The notes beneath the pieces are model-generated. The model saw nothing but the letters and a program-made list of their open reading frames with translations, was not told the DNA's origin and did not search any database. 64,000 nucleotides of DNA from NCBI GenBank assembly GCA_963677925.2, contig CAXXYH010000003.1:64001-128000 (forward strand), written 5' to 3'. Made by a program: the position numbers and the translations under genes. Origin of the DNA: Spirochaetia bacterium (GTDB lineage Bacteria > Spirochaetota > Spirochaetia > UBA9216). Below, piece after piece: positions 31,240 through 41,381 of this stretch. Every line of letters starts with the position of its first letter. The stretch's first letter is position 1.

Positions 31240-32241
31240 TTAATCTATGAATATACTTGTTACAAAATGGTTTAAGCTACTCATAATATCAAAGTAATTT
31301 ACTAAATTGATTTTTTTCTCTTTTTGACTTTTATAATAATCTCTCTTAATATCTCCAGTTCCTTGTTCATCATGCATTTTATTAGATAATATTGTTAATT
31401 CAGTATCATAGAATTCATGTGTATGCGGACCGTATTCTAAGAAATGTATATTGGTCTCATCAAACACCTCGAAAAGTGGTTCCCCTTTTAGTACCGATTT
31501 AGGTAATTGATATATCAAATTTGAAGATTTTCCAAATTTCTCACAATGCTTAACATGATAATAATAAATTAAACCATCGCTAATTTGTTTAGAACCAATT
31601 GTATTTACATGTAATAATTTACTTTTATCATATTTTGATATTCTGACTTCGTCATTGAAAGTTAATTCTTTTCTATCATTTTCTTCATTTGTATTAGGTA
31701 TTAATACTGCTCCGTTAAAAGGATATGAACTTACATCAAAGCTATATAATTCTTTTGGATGTTCAATGTATTTATCCCTAAAAAAAAGAGCATTTTCAAT
31801 AATTTTTGAAAAATTTAATATCTTATTTAATATTTCATCATTATATTCACTTTTCTTTATTGATTCATAGAAACTATGAAAACTCTTAAATCTTAAATTA
31901 TTTTTATTCATATATATCTTTGAAAAATATATTGTTATTTCATTTAGAAATGTTTTAAAATTTGATAGAAAAATTAATATAGCATCAATAAATAGTTCCT
32001 TATTATTATGATACTTTTCATGTTCACAAAGTGAAATAGAATCAATCGTACAGTGTTCTTCAATTAAGATTTGTCTATCCTTATCATAATTTAAACATTG
32101 CATAAAACATGTATATACTTTTTTATAACTTTTCGACAACGTCATATTATTTTTCTTCAAATATTCGTAAAGTATTGAATACTCACTATTAAAATCTTTT
32201 TTTATTTTTGAATATTCTTTATTAAGATATGATTTTTCCAT
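31240..32241 (-). CDS. Cassette: hypothetical protein (possible HEPN-like RDKYIEH)
   Basis: ORF fills the cassette. Confidence 0.6.
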   Translation of the reverse strand: MEKSYLNKEYSKIKKDFNSEYSILYEYLKKNNMTLSKSYKKVYTCFMQCLNYDKDRQILIEEHCTIDSISLCEHEKYHNNKELFIDAILIFLSNFKTFLNEITIYFSKIYMNKNNLRFKSFHSFYESIKKSEYNDEILNKILNFSKIIENALFFRDKYIEHPKELYSFDVSSYPFNGAVLIPNTNEENDRKELTFNDEVRISKYDKSKLLHVNTIGSKQISDGLIYYYHVKHCEKFGKSSNLIYQLPKSVLKGEPLFEVFDETNIHFLEYGPHTHEFYDTELTILSNKMHDEQGTGDIKRDYYKSQKEKKINLVNYFDIMSSLNHFVTSIFID

Positions 32242-32327
32242 CTATCTATTATACACCCTCTTTTATAATAATTATTACTTTTTCATCCTTATATAGTCTT
32301 TAATGCATATAGCATCTCTCTTATTGT

Positions 32328-32465
32328 ACATAACGACGATTTGAGTAGCGAAACCGGCCGAGTCTTCGAGGCTTGGCGCAGTTCTGGAACGCAGCGCGAT
32401 CAGCGCGGAGTGTCTCCGCCAGAACTGTGACAAAGGTTTTGACTACTCCAAATCTCTTGTTATGA
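32328..32465 (-). repeat. attC family A
   Basis: acataac...gttatga. Confidence 0.9.
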
Positions 32466-32471
32466 AGTATT

Positions 32472-33635
32472 TTATAAATAATAATCAGTCAGATTCTCCA
32501 ATTCTTTATTAAATTCTTCTATTGTGTTCTCTTCTATATTAAGCACGACAGTTATATCTAATTTAATATCCTCTTCACCCTTTTCTATTTTATCATATAA
32601 CCTATTTACATCTTCATGAAATTTCTGTGGAAATCTCCATAAAGTATTTATTGAATCATCAAACATTCCACCAAGAATCTTTATTATCTTTACCATTTCA
32701 TCATTTACGCTAACACTTTTGATTTCTAAAGAGCATTTTATCATTTCTTCTAATAATCTTGTCATTGCAACAGCAACAAGGAATAAGCCATTTAAATCTG
32801 CCGGTTCACCAGGGGCACCAATACTTTGATTTAATTTATTATTAAATAAATTAGTAAATGAAGTTGAAATATTTTCCATTGTTCTAAAATGGCTTCTACT
32901 CCAATCAGCAAATATTTGTGGTTCACTTATATGTAGATTGCTTTTAGTAAGAATATTATAATCAAAATAATCTTTTAATAATTCTATTTTATTATACTCA
33001 TCAAATAACACTTGATTAAAAAACTCAAATTCAAATAATTCATTTTTCAAAATTAAGATTCGTCTAGCTTCTGGAGATATTTTATCAAATAATTTTCTAT
33101 CCTTAATATTCATTTCGATTTTTCTTTTATCTAGCATTTTTTTAAATAAAAATGAAAACTGTTCCTTTAAACATTCAATAATATCTCCAGCATATTCAAA
33201 TTCGAAACACCAATTTTCTCCAGAATCTCTTAATTTTTCAATAAATTTAAATATTTCAATGTCATCAACAATTCCTTCGAAATTACCACTTTTATTTCTT
33301 TTCCAAACCTCATATGTAGGTAAGATTTTCTTATTAATAAAAATATAGATCGGAACATTTTTTTCTTTTGCAGTTAAGTATTCTAAATTTGTTATAGATT
33401 TACCGCTTTCATTCTTAGAACCATACCTATTCCCTATTAATAAAATAAAAAGATCTGCATTTTCACGAACAGTTTCTATACAATTTGTATACGTATCGTT
33501 TTCTGGATTAATTGGAAAACTTTTATGCTCTGATAGAATAGGTATAAATCCGATATTGTTTAAATATGTAGATATTTCTTGCCTAATCTGTGATAGATCA
33601 TAGCAAGTTGAACTAACAAATACTTTTGGTTTCAT
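32472..33635 (-). CDS. Cassette: DUF4062 domain protein
   Basis: KVFVSSTCYDL..R, GNRYGS, SITNLEY. Confidence 0.85.
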   Translation of the reverse strand: MKPKVFVSSTCYDLSQIRQEISTYLNNIGFIPILSEHKSFPINPENDTYTNCIETVRENADLFILLIGNRYGSKNESGKSITNLEYLTAKEKNVPIYIFINKKILPTYEVWKRNKSGNFEGIVDDIEIFKFIEKLRDSGENWCFEFEYAGDIIECLKEQFSFLFKKMLDKRKIEMNIKDRKLFDKISPEARRILILKNELFEFEFFNQVLFDEYNKIELLKDYFDYNILTKSNLHISEPQIFADWSRSHFRTMENISTSFTNLFNNKLNQSIGAPGEPADLNGLFLVAVAMTRLLEEMIKCSLEIKSVSVNDEMVKIIKILGGMFDDSINTLWRFPQKFHEDVNRLYDKIEKGEEDIKLDITVVLNIEENTIEEFNKELENLTDYYL

Positions 33636-33748
33636 TTTATCCTTCTTTATTGATACTTTTTACTATATTTTATCACCAAACTTAATAATCTTAAATTTAT
33701 TTCTATAGAGATTTTTTATAAGACACTATTGCGATAAATCCTATATCT

Positions 33749-33886
33749 TCATAACGACCAGTTCAGCAGCTTAGCGGCGTGTGTTTTCACACGCATTGGC
33801 GAGGTTCTGGAGTGTAGCGCATCAGCGCGTAACGTCTCAGCCAGAACCTTGACAATAGCTAAGACTGTTGCAACTGCTTGTTATAT
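33749..33886 (-). repeat. attC family A variant
   Basis: tcataac...cagttcagcagcttagc/gctaagactgttgcaactg...gttatat. Confidence 0.85.
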
Positions 33887-34227
33887 TTCGATATGCCCAA
33901 GTTAAAAAAATTAGGAAACCCATGAGCTTTCTCCAGTTCAAAAAGCTTCTTAATTCGTAGATTCCCAGGCAAATTCGGATACCTTAACCCTACTTGCCTG
34001 CTTTAAGAAAGCTCATTCGGTTCAGGCAAATTCACATATATTTTTGCTATCTTGGCCTGCACAGATTAATTCAATGAACCTTTAATTTACGCAGACCATC
34101 AGGTCTGATTTATTTTAAACCCAAATATGAAATTTACCTAACCAATTATTGGCCAGGAGTTAAGCTTTTATTGTAAAAAACAAGTTTAAAGAATAGACAA
34201 AGTTTACTGATATAGTCGTAAATATAA
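33887..34227. other. Gene-less cassette with inverted repeats
   Basis: No ORF >=60 aa; complementary cores gttatattt/aaatataac. Confidence 0.75.
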
Positions 34228-34417
34228 CGACCAAATTGAGTTGCGCCCTCGATCCTGGACACTGGAATAAGTTAAATGCTGCTGTTTAGTCGGAAAAGTA
34301 ACGGTTTTAGTAATGTGTGTCCAGGAATTGGCGTGGTTCCAGAGTGGAGCGATTAGCGGAACGTCTCCGCTGGAACCATGACAATAGACGGCGTCAACTC
34401 CAATTTATTTGTTATGT
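34222..34417 (-). repeat. attC family A, long-loop variant
   Basis: Side arm tcctggacac...gtgtccagga with ~55-nt loop. Confidence 0.85.
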
Positions 34418-34438
34418 TCATTTTTTTAATTATAATTA

Positions 34439-35476
34439 TTATTTGTCAAAAGTAATATTTTTAATATTTCTCCAATCAGTTTCCATGATAATATCAATTT
34501 TTATTTCATTTTCAGTATCTATTAATTCTATATTTTCATTTTCGAAGCTTAACAATTTTATATGCATTTTGCTAATGGAAATACCAATATTTTTCTCTAT
34601 TTCACTTCTTTTTTCATTAATTATTTCAATTATTTTTTTTTGGATTTGTTCCCAAATAATGGCAGATTGAATATAATTCATTGTTGCCTTTGTACTACGT
34701 CCGGCAGTATTAATACCTCCGCCTGGAGAAAAATAGAGATCACCATCGATTGAGGTTGATGTCGAACCACCAGCTTTTCTAATAGAAATCCTTTCACTTT
34801 CAGTTATATTTTGTTCGGGATTATGTATGTTTTCAAATTTTGAGTTTTCCAAAATCTCTGGAAAATCATTTTTGATTATTTTTAGTAAATCCAAATCTGC
34901 CCATTTACCATGGTTATCAATACAAAGGAAGAATGCAATATCTTTGTAAAAAGTTAAATATAAAATTTCTGCTGTAGTCTCAACTAAATAAGGCTTATCT
35001 TTATGAGGTTCTATTCCGAGATGTAAATGATATATTCCCCAATCAAATAGCATTCCATCTTGCATAGTAGAAGCCTGTATTCCACGGCTGACATGTGGAT
35101 ATAAAGACTCTCCATTTTTTATCTTTTTTTCTAAGTTATCTAAACCTTTTCTTAAATATGTAGGACACTTAAAATCTCTAGAATATTTTACTTTTCTTGG
35201 GATAGATTCAGGAATTTTATATAATAGATTATGATAAGTTATTATTAATTCAGATTTAAATTTATTTTTTAAAGATTTTTCTTCAAGTAGTTTTTCAACA
35301 TTAGCAAAGTTTTTTTTCTCTTTTTTTAAAGTATTAATTCTATTTTTGTAGTCAACAATTTTTTGAGCTTTCCAATCATCATATTCAATAAAAGTAAAAC
35401 CAATAGTTTTTAATTCATTAATCTTCAATAAAATCTTATTTTTCCAATCGTTTATTAAATTTATCGTGATTTCCAT
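34439..35476 (-). CDS. Cassette: hypothetical protein
   Basis: ORF; DWGIYHLHLG motif. Confidence 0.7.
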   Translation of the reverse strand: MEITINLINDWKNKILLKINELKTIGFTFIEYDDWKAQKIVDYKNRINTLKKEKKNFANVEKLLEEKSLKNKFKSELIITYHNLLYKIPESIPRKVKYSRDFKCPTYLRKGLDNLEKKIKNGESLYPHVSRGIQASTMQDGMLFDWGIYHLHLGIEPHKDKPYLVETTAEILYLTFYKDIAFFLCIDNHGKWADLDLLKIIKNDFPEILENSKFENIHNPEQNITESERISIRKAGGSTSTSIDGDLYFSPGGGINTAGRSTKATMNYIQSAIIWEQIQKKIIEIINEKRSEIEKNIGISISKMHIKLLSFENENIELIDTENEIKIDIIMETDWRNIKNITFDK

Positions 35477-35619
35477 TTTTTACCTCTTATTGAGATAATT
35501 TTTATAATTTTAAGTATAATACCAAATTTTAATAAAAAAAATATTGTATTTGGTATCGAATAAACATTATGGTAAATTAACTAAAATTTAAAAATTATAT
35601 TTTAGTTAATTGTAAATGA

Positions 35620-35816
35620 ACATAACGACCTTTTGAGCTGCGCCCTCGTTCCTGGCCAGAAGAGTTATATTGTTCTTGCGGTTTGTGAGTAAAATGGGTC
35701 AGATTTATTGAAGGTCTGGCAAGGAATTGGCGCGGTTTTTGAGTGAGCGATTAGCGAACGGCTGAAAGCAAAAACCGTGACAATAGACGGCGTCTGCTCC
35801 AAAAGACTTGTTATGT
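35620..35816 (-). repeat. attC family A, long-loop variant
   Basis: acataac...gttatgt. Confidence 0.85.
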
Positions 35817-35828
35817 CGATTTTGTCTA

Positions 35829-36431
35829 TTATTTTCTAAATATCTTTAAAACAGGTGTTAATAAACTTTTATTGATTGCCTCACTATCTTTCAAGCTATA
35901 TAGCTTTCTTTCTAAATATTCACCTTTTAATGTCATATAAGAATCTGAATAATTAATTGTTTTTGGTTCAGTAAAAATCTTCTTGTAGGAATATTCAATT
36001 TGGCCAATTATATTTTCATATTTTTTTATCCACTTAACGTTTTCTTTTCTTGCGATTTCATTAAAAATCCCTGCTAAAATTATTGGCTCTGAATCTAATG
36101 AATCAAAAAGTGAAAATCGAAAGAAGATAACTTTTAAATCAGGTGAAAAATTTGTTATTGTTTGGCCTTTTTCTAGTTTGGTGAAAATTTCAGGAATAAA
36201 TGTTACGGAAAAATTCTTTAATAACCAATATGGTACATTATTTGATTCTAAGCCAGTTGAACTTCTTGCCGAAATACTATAGCCAGACGGTCTGGCGATT
36301 AAAAAATTCTCTTCTTCATTACTTAGTATGCCTTCAATTTCTTTTATGAGATAAGAAATTTCAAAAAAAAGTTTTTCAATAAAATTAAAAGCGTTATTAG
36401 ATTGAATAATTAAATTTTTGCCATCATCCAT
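35829..36431 (-). CDS. Cassette: hypothetical protein
   Basis: Coupled to the upstream nuclease-like gene. Confidence 0.7.
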   Translation of the reverse strand: MDDGKNLIIQSNNAFNFIEKLFFEISYLIKEIEGILSNEEENFLIARPSGYSISARSSTGLESNNVPYWLLKNFSVTFIPEIFTKLEKGQTITNFSPDLKVIFFRFSLFDSLDSEPIILAGIFNEIARKENVKWIKKYENIIGQIEYSYKKIFTEPKTINYSDSYMTLKGEYLERKLYSLKDSEAINKSLLTPVLKIFRK

Positions 36432-37257
36432 AAAATTCTCCTGAAAAAAATATATTGTTGGTAAAATTTCTTATTACTCCAATATCTTCCAATGAAGAAA
36501 AATGTTTCTTAATGGAGTTGAAGAAAATGGTTTTATCATTAGTTATTTTGTTTATGGTATTTGTATCATTTAAACTGTTTATAAAACCGATAAAATGTCC
36601 TCTAAATTTAGATTTTTTAAAATTAAAGAAAATTTCGTTGCGATCTTCTATCTGAGAATTGAATTGATTCAAATTTTTCAAATCAAATTTTATTAGTTTT
36701 TTCTTTTCAAGAAGTAAATATAAATCAAGAGCAAAATATAAATTTTGCTGCATTTTATCAATAAATAGTTTTTGATAAAGAAATGTAGAAATGGATTGCC
36801 AATTTGTCCAAATATGATATTTTTTCTGGGTTGAATTAATAATATTAAACTTTTCTTTTTTGTAAAAATAATCAGCTGTAACTGTTAAATAGATAAAGTT
36901 AAGATTTTGGTTTGATGCTTCTTGTAATCCCATTTCGATTTCTCTGTTAATTTGAGAATCAATTTTGTTTGTTGCATCTGAAAAATTTGAGAAATATTTT
37001 GCTTCAACTAAAATATAATAAATTCCTGCAATAATAACTAAATCAGGTTCAGTTCCATCAATGAATTTAGGCCAGAAAATGAATTGTGCATTATTTACAT
37101 CATTTACAGTAACTTCAAGATTAAGATTTAATAAATAATTAAATAAATAGATTGAACGATCTGAATACTTAAAAAAAGAGAAAACGTTTGAAGTTAATAT
37201 ATCCTCTAAATTGTCTAATTTTGAAGATATTTTTCCATTTAATTCCGCTTGGTACAT
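36424..37257 (-). CDS. Cassette: PD-(D/E)XK nuclease-like protein
   Basis: EDILTS, TEPDLVI...ILVEAKY. Confidence 0.7.
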   Translation of the reverse strand: MYQAELNGKISSKLDNLEDILTSNVFSFFKYSDRSIYLFNYLLNLNLEVTVNDVNNAQFIFWPKFIDGTEPDLVIIAGIYYILVEAKYFSNFSDATNKIDSQINREIEMGLQEASNQNLNFIYLTVTADYFYKKEKFNIINSTQKKYHIWTNWQSISTFLYQKLFIDKMQQNLYFALDLYLLLEKKKLIKFDLKNLNQFNSQIEDRNEIFFNFKKSKFRGHFIGFINSLNDTNTINKITNDKTIFFNSIKKHFSSLEDIGVIRNFTNNIFFSGEFYG

Positions 37258-37312
37258 TTATTTTAATATTATAATTGAAAAAATTAAAATGTAAACAATT
37301 ATTTGTAAAGCG

Positions 37313-37514
37313 ACATAACGGCCCAATTGAGCTGCGCCCTCGATCCTGGACATCCGAATGAGCTAGTTCTTCCTGTTTTTGGTTTAAAAGGGTGGGTTGT
37401 AGAAATGGTGTGGCCAGGAATTGGCGCGGTTCCAGAGCGGAGGGCGATAAGCCCGCAGCGTCTCTGCTGGAACCGTGACAATAGACGGCGTCAGCTCCAA
37501 TTGATATGTTAACT
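37313..37514 (-). repeat. attC family A, long-loop variant
   Basis: acataac...gttaact. Confidence 0.85.
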
Positions 37515-37934
37515 TCCAGTATCGAGGGTTAGATGTTTCCTCTTTTAATAATCACAACCGAAAAGCAAATATTTATTCAGTAAAGAAATGGGTTGTAAGT
37601 GCGATTCTTTATCTTTCCAGTAATGAAATATTTATCAATTTGGATTAAAAATGGTAGCCGAAGAGCAGTAAAAGAAAGCAAGCATGCCTTAAAAATGCCA
37701 TGAGGACTATTTATAGCCTAAAAGATAAGTACAAAACCGAAAAACATGAATGGGGTGCGCGGGATGAGCGAGGCCCAGCGTGGAGAACAGGCGAATATGC
37801 GTGGGATTTCTCTTGAGCGCGGAAGCCTGTTCAATAAGGGCTCGAACCGTGAATATAGTGAAAAATGCTCATGCTTGAGGCCCTTATCCAGAAAGGCAAA
37901 AATATTATAAAGCCCTCCCCGGAGGGGAAGTTAA
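37515..37934. other. Gene-less structured cassette (ncRNA candidate)
   Basis: No ORF >=60 aa; cores gttaacttcc/ggaagttaac; nested inverted repeats. Confidence 0.7.
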
Positions 37935-38125
37935 CGACCCAATTGAGCTGTTCCCTCGATCCTGGACAAAGATTTATTTATTTCTTATGGTTTTGGGGGT
38001 GAAAAAGTAGGTTTTAGTGATGGTTTGGCCAGGAATTGGCGCGGTTCCAGAGTGGAGCGAAGAGCGGAACGTCTATGCTGGAACCGTGACAATAGACGGA
38101 ATCTGCTCCAATTGACTTGTTATCT
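37929..38125 (-). repeat. attC family A, long-loop variant
   Basis: agttaac...gttatct. Confidence 0.85.
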
Positions 38126-38133
38126 TCATACTT

Positions 38134-38991
38134 TTAATATTTGTTAATTTCTCCGTATAACATTTCATATTGTAATTCTTGAAATGTTTTAGGAAGTTGT
38201 TTTTCAATTTTTTTAATATCCGGAATCAAATCAAAAATTGTGTTATATAATCCCATTTGTCCCAATATCCAAATACAATAGCATAGTTCTCCGATTGATT
38301 TAACACTATAAAAAATTTCCTTTATATTACTTAAAAAATTTTTATTATTTGCATGATAAGAAGCTGACATAAAAGATACCAAATCTAATTCTTTTATTTT
38401 TGGTAATATATCCTTATTATATTTTCCTAATTTATTAATAATATCATGCTTTAGCTTTATATTTATTTCAGTATTATTCCATAATTCTTTAAAATTATTA
38501 TAAATATAGTCATAATCATCTTTTGCAATAAATATATAAATTACCTCAATATCATGATACTTTTCCCAATTATCAATTAAATCTTTTTTAATATTATTTC
38601 TATTATATAATGAATAAGCTTGCTCATATCCTTTTTTCCTAATAGATGGCATATTAGATTTAATTGATAATTTATATATTTTTTCTCGTTGAAAAGTATT
38701 TAATTTTTCATCTAATACAGTAAATATTTTTCCAATAATTCTTTTTATTTTTCCATTTGCATTTTCATATTTTTCAATTAAGAAAGATATTAGTTCTTCA
38801 CAGTTCTGTTTTACATATCTTTTTTCTAATTGTTTTAAGAGTTTATCTCTTATTTCAACATTCAAATAATTTTCTTTTAAATACTTTATTATTTCTTCAT
38901 ATTTTAAGGTTGAGTATAAAGCATATTTAATTGTGTATTCAGATCTTAATGATTCTTCTGAAATTCTTTCAATTTTACTTATTTTACTCAT
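38134..38991 (-). CDS. Cassette: helical-repeat hypothetical protein
   Basis: ORF fills the cassette. Confidence 0.65.
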   Translation of the reverse strand: MSKISKIERISEESLRSEYTIKYALYSTLKYEEIIKYLKENYLNVEIRDKLLKQLEKRYVKQNCEELISFLIEKYENANGKIKRIIGKIFTVLDEKLNTFQREKIYKLSIKSNMPSIRKKGYEQAYSLYNRNNIKKDLIDNWEKYHDIEVIYIFIAKDDYDYIYNNFKELWNNTEINIKLKHDIINKLGKYNKDILPKIKELDLVSFMSASYHANNKNFLSNIKEIFYSVKSIGELCYCIWILGQMGLYNTIFDLIPDIKKIEKQLPKTFQELQYEMLYGEINKY

Positions 38992-39111
38992 AATATATTA
39001 GCTTACTCTTATATTACAACGAATTTGAGAAATTGCAATCATTTCTCTATTTACCATTATATAAATATTATTAAAAAAATAAATTTAAATTTTGAATTTC
39101 CCAATTATTGA

Positions 39112-39250
39112 AGATAACGACGTTTTGAGTAGCAAAATCGTTCGGCGTCTTCGCCGAATTGGCGCGATTCTGGAGTGAGGGCCATTGCCCGAACGTCTTT
39201 AGCCAGAATCGTGACAATAGATTTTGACTACTCCAAAACTCTTGTTAAAT
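39112..39250 (-). repeat. attC family A
   Basis: agataac...gttaaat. Confidence 0.9.
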
Positions 39251-39296
39251 GCCGTTTCTTACCAGACCGCACGGTAGAGCCAAGGTCTGGTTAATT

Positions 39297-40016
39297 CTAA
39301 TATGACTTTCTGAAATGTTCTAATATTTCTTTTGCAATATTCAGATTTTTATCATATTCAGTATCAAGCAAATTACTGATCAATTCACATGATTTTACCA
39401 ATACCCCCATCATGCTATCAACATAAGGTAATATCTTTGATTCATCAATCTTCTTAAATATCTCAACCCCGAGAGTATCTTCATTAAAATGTCTACTAGA
39501 TAAACTTATCACATTATTATGAGTTTCTTGGCAGAGCAAATTATAAATAGATAAATATAAATCTTCAGATTCAGCTTTCTCAAATTTTTCTATTATTGTT
39601 AAGACTTTGGCACCATCATTTATTAAATCATCAAATTCGTCTTTTGATTCTTGGTATTTTTTACAAATATCCTCTATATTTTTTAATTCTTCAATAAATC
39701 TATTTTCTTTTTTATCACATGCAGATTTCAGAATTTTATTTCGTTCTTTTAAATAAGATACCGCCATATCTTTATAATAATTTTCATCCTGAATAATATT
39801 AATCAAGTCGATATGGGCTTCTAAGATATTTCTAAATAATACAGTAACTGCTGTATACATATTTTTCTTCAATAAAATCATACTTGACGTACAATTCTCA
39901 TAAATTGTGCACAGTAAGGTCATCATAAAAAATTGCTGTGGGATTGTATTATCAAAAACATAGTTTTTTATTGTAGATTCTAATAATGTAATTACATTTT
40001 CTAAATATTTAATCAT
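39297..40016 (-). CDS. Cassette: DUF5677-like (HEPN-related) protein
   Basis: FRNILE...YNLLCQETH pattern. Confidence 0.65.
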   Translation of the reverse strand: MIKYLENVITLLESTIKNYVFDNTIPQQFFMMTLLCTIYENCTSSMILLKKNMYTAVTVLFRNILEAHIDLINIIQDENYYKDMAVSYLKERNKILKSACDKKENRFIEELKNIEDICKKYQESKDEFDDLINDGAKVLTIIEKFEKAESEDLYLSIYNLLCQETHNNVISLSSRHFNEDTLGVEIFKKIDESKILPYVDSMMGVLVKSCELISNLLDTEYDKNLNIAKEILEHFRKSY

Positions 40017-40034
40017 CTCTTAAATCTTCATTTT

Positions 40035-40496
40035 TTATTGTTTTTTAATTTCTTTTACTATACGAATAATGCCTTTTGCAACTTCAAAACTTGCTTCATC
40101 CATATTATCCCAAGTTGTTATCGGCTTCCCATCAGCTGGTAATGCTTGTAATTTACCAAATGGAGAATCTTGCCAAGCACATGGTCTTAAAATAATAGGT
40201 ATTACAACAGCTTCTTGAGCTTCATGTCTTTTTAAAGCTTCCTGCCCCTCAATTTCATAACAATATTTTGATTCTATAAAACTTGGACTCATAAATAGTA
40301 ATATTATAGCAGCCCGTTTTATTCGATTATCAATTTGGGTCTTCCATTCTGAGCCAGCAGGTATTTTCCTATCATGCCATTTCCGAATATAATTTTCTCG
40401 TTCATAAACAATCAATTGACGTCTCACTTCATCCATCAGAACTTCATCTTCATGTGCGTATGAAAAGAAAACTTCTATCATTATTATATTCTCCAA
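40035..40496 (-). CDS. Cassette: TIR-domain protein
   Basis: VFFSYAHED, WHDRKI..G, SPSFIESKYCYEIE, VIPIILRPC. Confidence 0.9.
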   Translation of the reverse strand: MENIIMIEVFFSYAHEDEVLMDEVRRQLIVYERENYIRKWHDRKIPAGSEWKTQIDNRIKRAAIILLFMSPSFIESKYCYEIEGQEALKRHEAQEAVVIPIILRPCAWQDSPFGKLQALPADGKPITTWDNMDEASFEVAKGIIRIVKEIKKQ

Positions 40497-40607
40497 CAGT
40501 TCATATTTCTAATAGCCCGTCGGCCGGAGGTCCGGGCTATTTCTTCCCTCATTTTACACCCAGAAACGAGAAACTCCTAAGATTTTTAGTATTCCTCCGC
40601 TTCATGC

Positions 40608-40745
40608 ATTTAACGACGATTTGAGTAGCAAAATCGGCCGAGTCTTCGAGGCTTGGCGCAGTTCTGGAGTGAAGCGCGATCAGCGCTGAACGTCTCCGCC
40701 AGAACTGTGACAAAGATTTTGACTACTCCAAATCTCTTGTTAAAT
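40608..40745 (-). repeat. attC family A
   Basis: atttaac...gttaaat. Confidence 0.9.
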
Positions 40746-40793
40746 ACCTTTCTTAACCAGACCGTACGGCGGAGCCAGGTCTGGTTTATCTTC

Positions 40794-41381
40794 TTATTTT
40801 AAGATATCTATTACTTTTATTTCTCCATTAAAAATTATTTCATTATTTCTCTTAATATTCGTACTTTCTCCTGACCAATATTTGACAGCATTATTATAAT
40901 ATTCATTGTACCCTACAATCTCGCTATCAAGAAAATCTTGATTACCTTTATGAAAATTTCCTTCACACTCAAATTCATAAATTTTATAATCAAAACCATC
41001 CTGCTTTATCCACTTCAACCAAAATTCTATATTTTCTTCTTCTGTTAGCCAAATACAATTCCTACGAGAAGGCGAATTATTATAATCTTGCTTTCTTACT
41101 TCTTCAAATATCAATTCTCGAATAAGCATTCCACTTTCATATAATGCATCAGAAAGATATTTTAAACCAATTGGATGTATTTCATTTTTCTCTACACAAG
41201 ATAATGCGTATCTTGCAGGTTTTATATATCGTTTATCATCGAAAGTAATATATGGAGAATATGTTTTATAAAATTCCCAAAAATTATTACTATCAAAAGT
41301 ATTATATATTTTTCCTAATTCAAAAAACGGTTTATTTTTACATTCAAATTTATGTATGTGAAATAATCTTTTAATATTCAT
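40794..41381 (-). CDS. Cassette: DUF2441-like (ADP-ribosyltransferase-fold) protein
   Basis: RELIFEEVR..PSRRNCIW...YWSG...EIIF.G. Confidence 0.6.
   Translation of the reverse strand: MNIKRLFHIHKFECKNKPFFELGKIYNTFDSNNFWEFYKTYSPYITFDDKRYIKPARYALSCVEKNEIHPIGLKYLSDALYESGMLIRELIFEEVRKQDYNNSPSRRNCIWLTEEENIEFWLKWIKQDGFDYKIYEFECEGNFHKGNQDFLDSEIVGYNEYYNNAVKYWSGESTNIKRNNEIIFNGEIKVIDILK

Noticed and set aside
34020-34170. Resemblance to a c-di-GMP-I riboswitch (ggcaaa...acgcagacc...ggtctga)
   Set aside because: No GAAA tetraloop helix or correct spacing; not supportable without an Rfam search
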